Below are positions 34,963 through 46,849 of a DNA stretch of 64,000 bases, piece after piece. Every line of letters begins with the position of its first letter. Position 1 is the stretch's first letter. Location: contig CM121342.1 of assembly GCA_051530055.1 (NCBI GenBank), forward strand, positions 11,361,480 to 11,425,479, given 5' to 3'. The notes under the pieces were generated by a model. It made no database searches, was not told where the DNA came from, and worked only from the letters and a program-made list of their open reading frames with translations. The stretch is from Neoechinorhynchus agilis. Its lineage: Eukaryota; Animalia; Acanthocephala. The position numbers and the translations under genes are program-made.

Positions 34963-37819
34963 CTAAATGTCGCGCCTGGATGTTTGGAGTAACGCATTGA
35001 TCGTACCTCTGTAGATTCTTCGTTTTATCTTACTCGGAAACCCACCAGCCAATGGATATACCAATACGCCTGATATGATCAATACAAAAGATCCGCCGCA
35101 TGGTTTCGGATTGATGTAGATCGCCACGATACTTATGATAGCGGCCGATACAATATATGTGATCGGAAACACCAATGAGACCTTGAAAGGAAAGCATAGG
35201 CTCAAGAAAACAAAAACCCAGGGTTATTCTTTTGATTGCTAAATACAAAACGTTCTCAGCCGAAATGTAAACTCCTGTGGCGGCCAGCTTTGATATAACA
35301 CTTTCTTTCTTAAAGATAAATGTACTTGTGTTGAGGCGAAGGCCTTTTTCCACGGCTGATAATTTTCCTTGGGCACACAGCCAACTGATACCTTGCATCA
35401 GGACCGATGACTCATAACCAAAGGGGACGAAATACCGCTGAAGGGAGGAAACTCATTTATGATTCCCGCCTCCATGGGAGGTATCTAAGAATGCGGAGGG
35501 ATGCGTACAAAATCATAACCGTTTGGTTCAAGGTCCAAGTGATTCAATCGCTTCCTTGGACCATATCGGTGGGCTGTGCGCGCAAGGAACATCATCAGCC
35601 TTGAAAAAGGCCACACTTAGACACAGAATAAATGTACCTGTAGAGATTGAAATTTCGTTGACGTCTGACCAACAGAATGGCAACAATTTCGCCGAATATT
35701 TTTAGCGTGTTTCCAAAGTCTAGCCAATCAGGATCTAGAGCGTCTGGCCGAACAATCATTTAGGACTTTTGATCGAGATTCCAATGGAGTTCTCAGCTTA
35801 CTGGTAGTTTTAGACTAACCTTTAATGACCTTTTTTCGTCCGGGAATAATTTCCGAAGTCTGAAAAAAGAAATTAGTACCATCATTGACCATAAGTTATC
35901 TGCGAATGCCGACATTGTGACAAGATCTTGGATTTTAGCTGAAAAAACAAACACGACGATGAGGACGCACTAAATTATAAGGCAAAGATGAGAAATGAGC
36001 AATCATTTTCATTGACAATACCGATGCGATTATGGAAATATTCGGTGTTTTGGTCTTGATGTTTAATGCCGCGAATATGCCGGGCATGTGATTATTGCGT
36101 GCCGCATCGAATGCTATTCTGGTTAAAGATTGTTTAGCTCGTATAACAATTTCGAAAGGCACCTTGACGACGTGAATAGAAAGCTGTTGAGAAATCCGAA
36201 AACACTTAATGATACAAGCACTGACATGACCGCTCCTAATGGCTTCCAAATTTTCGCTAAGACATCCTATATAATGATTGTCTAAGGACAGTCACACGAC
36301 AAAAAGTTAAGTTTCACCGAAGCCAGGGCTTCCGAAATTATTATATCTTCTCGGCTAAGGACGGCCATGTAACTCATATTGACAAGGACGAAAAACACGA
36401 CCACAGAACACATTCCAATACATATACATTTTGGAAGATTCCTATGGAATTCGATTTGTACGAACGATCGAACACTTTGCCTCACTTTTGAGGGTCTTTC
36501 ATTTCTTCAACAACGTAGTTTAGATAATTCCTAAAAATTAGTATCGTAATATGACAAAAAATGTATATGTGAAATTTCCATGAGAATATGTGATTTTTGA
36601 TACATACATGGCATAATTGTTTCTTCGCATTGGGACGGCAAAATAACACGTAAAAATCTCATTAAAGCTGCAAGTTAGAAAAGATCTGGCGTCGTAAACA
36701 CTTGCAAATAAACTGATGATGAACCTGACGAGGTTCGAAAAGTCTTTAATAAAAATATTATTTACCGGGTGAAGGCCTAAACAATAATACTTAGAATCTT
36801 AGCTATAAATTTGCACCTTTGGTTCTAGCATTGCAAAAGAGAATGGTACTTTTGACACGACAAAACTGATAAAAAATTGTCATCATAGTAACAAAAGATT
36901 CGCTTGATTTCGAATTAATCGATATGGTTTCTCGATGATTCGCGGTTAACTAACCATCCTGAATAAGAGAAGAATCCTGATAGGAACGCTATTGGATACT
37001 TCATTACGTCTTTTTCTGTGTTTTCAAAGGCGTTTTTGAAGTGATCCACACCGCCTGAAATGCATTTACATAAAAAAAATAGAATGAGCGATCACAAATC
37101 TACTGACCTTTTGTAGCACCGATCAATCCAGCCACCAGGATAAGGCACAGCGCTGAAAACTTTCCAACAGCAGACGCACTTTGAGTGTACTGAACTCCAC
37201 GTGGACTAACACAGTTCAAGGCACCGAAGAAAGCTTAAAATGATTTAAACGATTTCATTGAAGTGATAGCCAAACATACACTCACCAACTGACAGTAAAG
37301 CAAGGATACATTTTGGGACTTCGGGAATGTGGCAAGGAAAAAAAGGTTCAATTATGTATCTGGCAAACGCCAAAGCGGCAATGGCGCCACCTGACGGAAT
37401 TAAGAGTACAATTACGGTCCAATTGAACAGGAAAGCAACTAGATCGCAACATCCTTTTAAAAGATATTCATAATCGCCGCCCGATGTTGGAATTAGGCAA
37501 CCAAGTTCTGCGTACGAGATCGCTCCACAAAATGCAATGAATCCACATAAGTCAGTTTTTCGGAATATCCAAAAAATTAATTCTGAAAAACTGCACTTAG
37601 AATCCACATTATACAAGCTGCTCCAACTGAACCCGTGTTTATAAGAACGCCTTGAGGGGAAATAAAAATTCCGCTTCCTACTATTACACTAAACAACAGA
37701 AATACACCATCTCGCATTTCGAGTCTTCTTTTGAGTGCCATCGATTGTATGCTCCTCGCGAAACCTCTTCTGAGACCATTGGCGTTGCATTCAATTTCCA
37801 CTGAATTTGGTTCACTCAT
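34963..37819 (-). CDS. SLC7 L-type amino acid transporter light chain (multi-exon)
   Basis: IVGSGIFISPQGVL..TGSVG, GAISYAELG.LIPTSGGDYEYL, FSYSGW|NYLNYVVEEMKDPQ.NLP, SSRIAF.AARNNHMP, PFKVSLVFP. Confidence 0.93.
35340..35632 (+). mobile_element. Hammerhead-SINE copy D (core decayed) preceded by an inverted tail fragment, in an SLC7 intron
   Basis: 35340-35401 is the reverse complement of the tail. 35405-35632 is a plus-strand body with ggggacgaaatacc...ctcatttatgattccc...ggtatctaag. Confidence 0.8.
35682..35794 (+). pseudogene. 113-bp duplicated fragment of EF-hand exon 2 (source 34575-34687)
   Basis: Colinear, ungapped, 3 substitutions. Confidence 0.9.
36709..36748 (+). ncRNA. Minimal type I hammerhead motif (PLE-like), stem III mutated
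   Basis: UAAA-CUGAUGA-U-GAACC-UGACGA-GGUUC-GAAA-AGUC-UUUA. The family consensus ACGU reads AAGU here. Confidence 0.5.
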
Positions 37820-39304
37820 TTTAAACGTGGATTTAAGCGCGCAAGGGACAAAAGCTTTGCTTTTGCGTTACATGCGAGATGAATCACCACTTTTTTTGTA
37901 ACTATGAAAAGTAAGATTGCGAATTTTCATTCACATTTTTCCAAACGAATTATCAAGCCAATTCTCATAATCATTGCTATTATTGATAAGAAAATTAATT
38001 CAGCGTGATCGCTATGCAATTTTCACTATTTAAGCACAGATTTATCTACGCCCTAGCGGAGTGGGCCAAAGGCTGCTAACCTTTGAAATCACGATCTAAT
38101 TCATAATTGTTTGTCCCGTTAACATGCTTAAAATAATTAAACCCTGGGGAAGGTGGTCTTCATCCAGAGATACAAGTTCCATGCCAATTAAAGAAACAAA
38201 CCTAGATCCTGAGTAGCCATTTCTAAACAAGTAATAAGTACTCAATTAACGAAAAGGCAACTGAAGTGTTTTGAATTACGAAATGCAGTTCGAATCGGTA
38301 GTGCGCACTTGCTAATGGTGGGAATTAACAAGAAATTCCCAAATTAAAGGCCGATCTTATTTTATAAACAATGGCCACGCCTAAACGCCCCTTTGAGCAC
38401 CAAATTAATTTCTAATAATAAATAAAGGAGAAAACCAGCAAAGTGCTGTGCAGTATCGAATTATATTTATATGAAAATTGGCAGGGTGGAAAATCACTTG
38501 TGAGAGAACCTAGGAAGAAGCTGGTTGTTTTTTCATCAAGTCGTAAATTTTTAAAAATTCGAACAATCAAAATTTCAAAATGTAATCCCAACAAAATTTG
38601 AAATAATTTGCGTTTATTAACTTGCTTACGGTACGCAACCAATAATATTCCCATCTGACAATTTCATAGGAAGTACTATAAGAAACTTATAAATTTCATA
38701 GATCTTCAAAAAACAGAGTAATAATTTTATCGCTTAATTTTAGCAATATTTTAGTATATAAGTTGAGGATTAAGCAGTTGCTCTCTGAAGCTTCGCATAA
38801 TGTAAGGACGCAACTTTTTTCTATAATGTTTTGGCATTTGAATGCAAATTTAATAAACAAAGCAAACCAAAATATAAATTTTAAATATATTATTTAAAAA
38901 AATCATGACTTTTTATTTTGATCAACACGCTGTAAAAAATTTTTGATAATCCAAATAATTTTATTTAAATGTAATATGCATCGGAAATTGATTATTTGTG
39001 AAAATTATAGACCGAGAAGCGATTTTCGATTTAATAACTATAAGACAGGATTCACATAAAACGGCGCCGCATGTTAAGAACATCGATTACTTCTGTATCC
39101 GCTTAATTGGAGCTGAGAATAATACGTTTTGAAGGCTTAGAATCTTCTATTTAAAATTAATTATATTTACAGAATAAAATTCTCTATTTGCTCTATTTGC
39201 TTTGTTAGTCTTATAACCTCGGGGAATCACATGCAACTGGGACAATAACTACGGAACATCAAGAGATGATTGAAGGACAAACGAAGATTTTTACATTTTA
39301 CAAA

Positions 39305-41090
39305 TCACTCATGAATAAATGATCTGTCTCCTTCTTCTGCCTGGACGATACGTTTTCTTTTTGGAGGTAAATTAACTCCATTATTGCCACAATCCTTTTG
39401 TTGATTCGTCCTTTTTGTGCCTTTGATCGTGATCGTCGTTTCCTCCAGATCTGAGAGGTAACCAATATATGCTTCCATCGCTGTAATCATTGCAGGAATT
39501 CCGAATCCATGTGTCATCATGCTAAACCTAGTCAAAGGTCTCTGAACGCTTTCTTCAAGAATTGGCATTTCATTTCTAATAGTTGTAGGTGAACGATCGT
39601 CATGAAGAAGCTGAAGAAAATCTTCTGCAAATTTTTTAGCGACTTTTGTTTCTCGCATCACATTATCATTTGTTAAATTATCAGCGGAGCTTGGTTCATC
39701 AACCATCTTAGAATATTTCCTTTTGCGTAGGTATACGGCACAATCCTTTGTTGGGAATTCCGTCTTACAAATACTATCGAAATCTGAGGCCAATTGAAGG
39801 GCTTCACCTAATCTTTTAAAGGTTAAAATCAATATAATACAAGAAAATATAAAAACCTTCTACCATCGCCGTGAGAACAGTAATTGTCGTTGCTTTTCGT
39901 CTACCAGCCGGGAGTTTTACACCAATGGATTCTAATCTTTGTCTAAGCAATTTTCCTCCATTTTTGGATTTAGCCCTTTTTTTAAAGTTTATGATGGTTC
40001 TTTTATTTTAAAATCAAGTACCTTCTCAAAATACCGCCAAGGAGTGAAGCATTTAAACATTCGGGTTGAGAAATTCGCCTGTGAATTTCAGCTACGGATA
40101 CTTTGTACTTGGACGTGGAACTGAGCAGTGAAAGTCTTCCTGGAACACTACAAAAATAATCGGCAGAATATTCTGCAGTTTCAGGTGAGCATCTCTCCAA
40201 CTTCGGAATAACCGTGGATTTATTGATGACTACAAATATTCCTTAGGTTAGAATGGTAAATGGAAATACTTAGCTTACCAGTATTAGCGAACTGACCGGA
40301 GAAATAAGGGATATTATGATGAGTTAGATTGTCATTTGTCATACAGCCGTATTGTGCCACCTGAGTTGGCTAGATAAAACGAGGTTTTCGATGATTATAA
40401 TCGGTATTTGGCAGATGATCGCTACTTACCATGTAACCTTGTGTAATACTTTGACTGGCTTCGAGGCAAAAAGACGGAGTGTTGGTTGTCGTGCGGGGGA
40501 AGCAGGTGTTCCCTCCTCCATTTGCCTTATAGCAATCATCATAGCCAAAAACATTTCTCGTCATGGCTCCTGATGCCGCGAGGGCAGCGTTTCCATTAAG
40601 CACATTCGAATTGCCGGTTCCACCTGTTCCGGGGGAATCATTATTGCAGCTACCGGCTAAATTCGCCGCGTTCCCCCTTGGCATCATGCCACCGCCGGAA
40701 GGGTTACCAGGACCATATAAAAGATAATTCGTCGAGTTCCTAACAGATCCTGCTAAAGTAGCTACATTGGGAGTTATCGTGTTTTATTAACAACCCTTCC
40801 GAAATTACCTCCGACGCAGCTTGCTTGCTGTCTGGCCAACGCTATTCGATTGTCGACATGTTGTGCCGAATTATAAATTAGCCTTTGCTGTTGAAGTTGG
40901 TATTGATAATCTGCGGATAACTGAGTCGGCTCAAAATAATAAGTATTCGACGGATGTGCCGATCCATTCTGAACTGCCATCGATTCATAGTGATGATCTC
41001 CTAACGTCGGTGGTTCGTACATGTTATATCTTAAAATAGGAAACAAAATTTAAAAAAATTAGGAATAAAAATGATTTATTACTCCTCCAT
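39305..41090 (-). CDS. TFAP2: Transcription factor AP-2 (multi-exon; predicted 8-nt first coding exon)
   Basis: [45 protein letters not shown]|[23 protein letters not shown]...LTAMVEGEA..LA.DF..IC.TEFP. Confidence 0.93.
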
Positions 41091-42901
41091 TTTTTATAAT
41101 TGCAATCTGTAACCTTGTTGGTTTAATTTCTGGTTGCAAGACCTACCCCTCAGGTTTCGTTAGTTCTTTTCATCAAATGTTTGGTGATAGAAAGAGAGGA
41201 AATCATCTCTATCTTTGCCCGAAAACAGTTGCTGCTACGGGTGACACACACTTTAGAAAGTATTCAACGTAGCAAATGGCAATCGAGACCGCTTGCAGCA
41301 TCGCTCCGGCAAAATCTTGATGCTTGTAGCAGAACCGCCTGCCAGACAATGCAATATATATGTGTGTGTGCGCGTTAGGCGGATTCAGGGAGCGAAAGAG
41401 ATGGAAGTTAAGTAGTCATGGAAGCATCGTATCCAAAAGTACATTATGTCGTTGGGAAACTAGCGAATCGGCATCGCCTCCAGCCATCTATCAACACGTG
41501 CTTGTTATCTTTCCTAAAAGCCTCTTCCATCTCAGCATCTAAAACAACTGCATATATAAGGGCAGCCAATCAGAATTGTTGCACACGCATTTTATTGCAC
41601 TCGGTGCACATTACTGAATCAATGAAGCAAATTCTATTAGGATTAGGGCGTCTAAAATCTCATTGCATATGAAATCAGCCAAGGGTGACCTCGTGTATGC
41701 GAAACTGTTTATTTCTTCAATTTAAGCCGATAGAAAATTTGAGGTGATGTTCGTGAGATGTTTAAATTATTTTTCTCGAATCGATTTTAAAACGACAGCA
41801 AATTACGTTGCAGCAATGAATATTTCCCCAGTAGATTGCAGTTATTCAAATAGGAAATGATTTGTTTCAGTCTGTTTGAGCAATTTCTCGCGTATGTTTG
41901 AATAAGATTTTTGATAGAGACAATCTAATTATTAAAGCGCTAGAAACATGAAGCAAAGCCAGCGAATGTATATTGACCAGATGATTCGATTTTTTGTTGC
42001 TTAATTGTCATTAAAGTCGAATTTCCGTTGCGCATTATAGTTAAAAAATTTGGTTGCATACGAACATTACCGAAAGGACATTGATTTGCCAGCTTAAAAC
42101 CTTTTTGGTAAGTGATCGCCATTTATGTTTGAAAGCTGTCTAGACGTGTTTTTCAACTTCTTCACAATAAACGCCAACCACTTCCGATCGCTTAGCGCCT
42201 CTCAGCTCTGGACAATTTTTAGACTTTAAAATTTTGAAATTCGAGCTATTTGAGATGCTTATCAAATAAAGACGCTGCGGCCTTGTCTACTCATTTAGGT
42301 GTAGAGATTAACATATGTGTCCGGCTAATAATTGAAAGCAAGCGAAACTGATATTTAATACTACAAAGATACCCATATCGTTGCTAGTTTGAAAAGACCG
42401 CTTTTTCTTATTCTCAGCTAGATCATTATTAAACATCTCTTATCATGTTAATCGAGATATGAGCAAGTCCATTGTACCAAGCAATTGGCAAACTCGTCTG
42501 TTTTACGAAACCAACAACCGTGAAACAACCTCAAACAACATACTTTGATTTTTTTGGAACCGAAATTATTTTGTTTTGTTCTCTGATTTTCAAAAAGAAG
42601 CCCGCAATCTACCTCATATGAAAAAATTAGCTGTAAATAAAATTATGGATTACTATCAATTAGAAAGATTGAAACTTCTGATCACTTATGGTGGGAAAAC
42701 GTTTCTTTTTTCTGATCTAATATCAAAAGTGTATTCTCAATACGAATGATATACTTAAATGCAATAAGAATAAAATTGATAATTTTTAAAACACTAAAAC
42801 ACATACTTGCTAAAAGAATTTATCATTGAACCTGCTACATAAAACTGAAAACGTTTACTATTTAATCATATCGAGAAAATCCATCGGGATGGTAAATTTG
42901 C

Positions 42902-43062
42902 ACTTGTGGTAAAGATAATCCCGGTTAGAAATCATTTTATTGTAATGAAATATTTCGCGAGGAAACCTCGTATCATCAAACACTATAAATTAATCTAATC
43001 GATTTCGCGAGGAAACCTTACCAATAAAATGATTTCTAACCAGAATTATCTTCACTACAAGT
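42902..43062. repeat. Palindromic element, ~41-bp arms, same family as 13765-13927, with decayed hammerhead core
   Basis: 42902-42942 / 43022-43062 are inverted. The minus strand has TTGATGA-T-ACGAGGTTTCCTCGC-GAAA-TATTTCAT. Confidence 0.7.
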
Positions 43063-44563
43063 CAAAGTTTACTATTTAATTACTTTAAAATAATTTTTAA
43101 AATTTTCAGATTTTTTTTAAACTTCGCCGGAAACGCACTTGTAAGATCGCTCCCAAGTGCGCACCGCACTGAGGGGCATAAAGTGCCAATAAAATTTCAA
43201 ACAAAATTTTAACAGATTCTCATACTTAATTAACTCACATGTTTACTATTTTTAAAATATCTAAATAGTTCAGTAGAAATATTTTACATAAATGTTTATA
43301 GACAAAAATCGGTCAGTTCGCACCTAAAAAAGAAATATTTGTTTCAAGCAGAATTTTTGACATTGACTGCGTACACAAATCGGAAAAATTACGATGGGAA
43401 ATAGGAATGCCATGCAGCTGAATATTTTCGCCATTTTTCGTATAATCATAGTTTAAGACTGCGGTTTGACGTCCGCGAATTCTGATTGGCTGTTATATGA
43501 TCGAAAACAAACATGAAATGTTAGACCAATTTTTTAATGTGTTAACGAGTTTATTTTCAACAATTGCTTAAAATTTTGTAAAAGTTCGTAATGAAAATTG
43601 CCCACCCGTTTTTTACAAGATTGCACGTTTGAATGCTCCAAATTAAAAACATTGACTTAACACAAAAATGCGAACAATCTATAAAGTATCGATTAATATT
43701 TTAGCGTGCTTTGATATTTGTAGAAATAATGGGACAATTTCGAAAAATTTCAAGTCGAAATCTCAATGTATTGTAGGATTTTCATCGTTGTTAATAAAAT
43801 ATTGGGATGTTTTCGTAAGCTGTAGTGCATTCTGCAAGCTCCCAACAACGTTAGTTTTACTGTAATACCTTAACAAATAATACAATATAATTAACATATT
43901 AAAGCAATATTCATACTTCAATTGTATTTGGATTGGTACCGAATACAGTTTTGATAGTGATTACGTTTAGGCCGCAACTCTCCTAAATGCCCCAAGGATG
44001 GTCTCGATTGGTGCGGGATGATTTTGTTGTATGTGCCTCGCGTCTTCAATAAAAATTATAAACTGAAATTCCGATCGAGATTTTAGAAAATACTTTTAAA
44101 GACTGTATTAAACGTAATGTTTTAAGATAAAACTTTATTACTGACTTCGCTCTTCATATGTATATTCCCCGAGAGGCATTCTTATACAAGGAAACCCAGT
44201 TAAACCATAGTTTGATCATTGATGGAAAAGTATGTTTTTAGCTATGTAAATTCGTGAATAGTCCAAAAAAGATCTGATACTCGCTAAAGAAATAGACAAA
44301 AAAAACCTAAAATTTTCCAACGAAACTAACAATTTGAATAAGCCGCTGTTCATTTAATATAATCCCTTGAGTTAGAATTATTGATTTTAACTGATCTAAA
44401 TCATATATTTTTTAGAAGCAAAAGCTAAATGTTGAAGATTCGACAGGGTGAGTCTTAATGGCGGTATAACCCAATATTTACAAAATATCATAGAGAATTG
44501 TCATCGGGGTGAATTTGATTCGACATCGCCAAACTCGAATTTACTAAATACGACTGAAAAAGG

Positions 44564-45041
44564 CCAAGGAAAATTATCAGCCGTGAAAAAGGCCACACAT
44601 TGATACTTAATAAAAGTTACCGGCTGGCTAGTCTTCAAAAAATAGAAAAATTCAATGGCCTTTAATTAACAAATCAAAACTGGCAGAATTTGTACATTCC
44701 GCAGTTATTTCGAAGTGCTCAAGTGGACTAATGTCCTTGATCCCAGTTAAGGGTCAACTGGTTCCAATCCGTTACCGCCAATGACGCACAACCAAAGGAG
44801 ACGAAATACCACTAAAGGTTGGAAACTCACGGATGGGTCTCGCCTCCTGGAGGTATCTGAGGATCCGGAGGAATTTACAAACTCTTTACCGTATGCATCA
44901 GAGTCTAAGTGATTCAATCACTTATCTGATGCATGAGATCCGTGGGCTGTGTGCCCAAGGAAAATTATCAGCCATGGAAAAGGCCACACGTCATATAGAC
45001 ACTTAATAAAAAAAGTTACGGGCTGGCCAGACTTCAAAAAA
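44564..45041 (+). mobile_element. Hammerhead-SINE copy E, ~1.2 tandem monomers (391-bp period)
   Basis: ccaaggaaaattatcagcc at 44564 and 44955. A/B-box region 44715-44770; core variant CGGATGG with stem II GAGAC/GTCTC. Confidence 0.88.
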
Positions 45042-45261
45042 GCTTGTTTTGTTTATAAAATAATGCATCAAACAACGATTTTGGAATCATAATCATTTTT
45101 CTGCAAACAATCTAAAGAGCGCTTTGCATTGAAATGATCTAATATTTCTGAAGTTTATTTATCGACCAGCGTCATCAATGATTATGCATTCATTTAAACT
45201 AAAACTGCAAAAGTTTTTTGCTTGTGGATGACCACATAAAGATATAATCGCATTTTAGGCC

Positions 45262-46593
45262 ATATCAGATTTAGTTTCGCGGACATAGTCGGCGGGATTT
45301 CTGCATAGCACTTTCACCTTCATCTAACGCGGTAGGACGAAGAGGACACATGAGAATTGGATTTTTAGATCAACATTCGAGTTTGAAGCAAAATTCAATT
45401 TTGTTCATTTCAGTATCAAAAGCTAGCGAATAGGGGCTTAAAGAAAAATCAAGAAAAGGCGAACATTGGATTAGATTCAGCAAAATAATTTTGAGGATAA
45501 AAGTTCTTCGGAACATACTCGTGTTTAAAAAAGTGTTGAGGCATTAAAATTTTACCTGAGACACGATTTCTACACACAAAAAAGAATTTTAAAAGGCTTA
45601 AGTGCGAATCGGTTTAGAAAAACGGCTGTTTCTGACCACACTTCAAAGAGTCAAAAATCAACGAATCTTCTTTTGTGATTGGAAGTCATTCACAAATCTT
45701 TGTACGTCCACTCGGGAACCTCGAAGACGATACTTTTTCCGGTGATTGATTTATAAAGACTTTTGAGACATTCGCTTCGGTCTTCGACGTTTGGCAGTCT
45801 ATCCAAATGGATTTTGATCAATCGGGATCCATCCTGGCGAATGCGAGTTCGTTTCCCGACAATCTCACACGGATGCACAATCTCGTCCAGCCAAGATTTA
45901 TGAACGGCCGTTAAAGTACGGTTTTCCGGACGACGTTGTTTAGGTTGGAATTTCATTTTTCTTGATGGTTTTGGTAGAATCCGTCTCTTGGCTAAAATCA
46001 CAACAAACATTCCTGGCATTTTCTTTTCCAATTCCTCGACGAGCCGAGTTTGGATCTGCTGAAACTTTTTTAAAAGTGGAACGGGAACGTACAAAACGAG
46101 AGCTTTCTTGCCTTTGGCATACGAAATCTCTTTAGCGCCACAAGCGTAGAGATCTTTCAGACGTTTAAGGTCGCTCTGATCAGCTTCGATTTCTGCCAAA
46201 TATCGAGCTACTTGCAATTCCAAATCGTTAAGACTTGCATTGGTCGGTTTCAACATTTTCGGATGAAGGCGAATGGCGACCGGCTCGGGTTTCAATGGAG
46301 TTTTCAAAACGGCCGCTTTAGCCTTTTTCGTACTCTGAGCCTTAGTTTTCGCGGATAAATCAACCGGCAAAATTTTGGATTTTGCTTGAACTTTTGCCGC
46401 CTTTGCCGGAACATTTTCTGTTACTTTCGCTGGAACTTCCTTTGGCGGACTTTTGACAACTTTCCGTTTAGCTGGCACTTTTCGATCCGATTTTGGAGCC
46501 ATTTTGATTCCTAGAGAAATCTCACTTGCAAGAATCTTCGAGAGCAGCTCGTAGTGGTCCCGCACGAAAGAATGTGGAAATATGCAAGGCTGA
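45262..46593 (-). repeat. 1332-bp inverted segmental duplication of 31157-32488 (RPS7, intergenic region, first 62 nt of DCAF13)
   Basis: Both blocks are 1332 bp, near-identical and in opposite orientation. Confidence 0.95.
45690..46502 (-). CDS. RPS7: Second eS7 copy, open frame, 5 amino-acid differences from copy 1
   Basis: Q>R, K>N, A>V, A>T and Y>H (in IVYPCEIVGK) relative to 31248-32060. Confidence 0.8.
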   Translation of the reverse strand: MAPKSDRKVPAKRKVVKSPPKEVPAKVTENVPAKAAKVQAKSKILPVDLSAKTKAQSTKKAKAAVLKTPLKPEPVAIRLHPKMLKPTNASLNDLELQVARYLAEIEADQSDLKRLKDLYACGAKEISYAKGKKALVLYVPVPLLKKFQQIQTRLVEELEKKMPGMFVVILAKRRILPKPSRKMKFQPKQRRPENRTLTAVHKSWLDEIVHPCEIVGKRTRIRQDGSRLIKIHLDRLPNVEDRSECLKSLYKSITGKSIVFEVPEWTYKDL

Positions 46594-46849
46594 ACTTTTT
46601 AATCTTATCATTTTAATTGCATTTAATTTCGTCTCATGAGAAAGCGTGCAGTCTATTTCATCATTGTTCGTATTTATACCTAAATTACCTTGGAAACGGT
46701 CGCAACTATTAAAAAAGAGTCTTGTTTTCGTAGAAAAATTGTAAAATTTAACAAAAAATTAATATTTTCTCTATGCGGCAAGAATTTCCCTCATCGAGAT
46801 TTATTTACATGCAAATTTTCGAGGCCTCAAACTCCTTATCAAGCACCTA

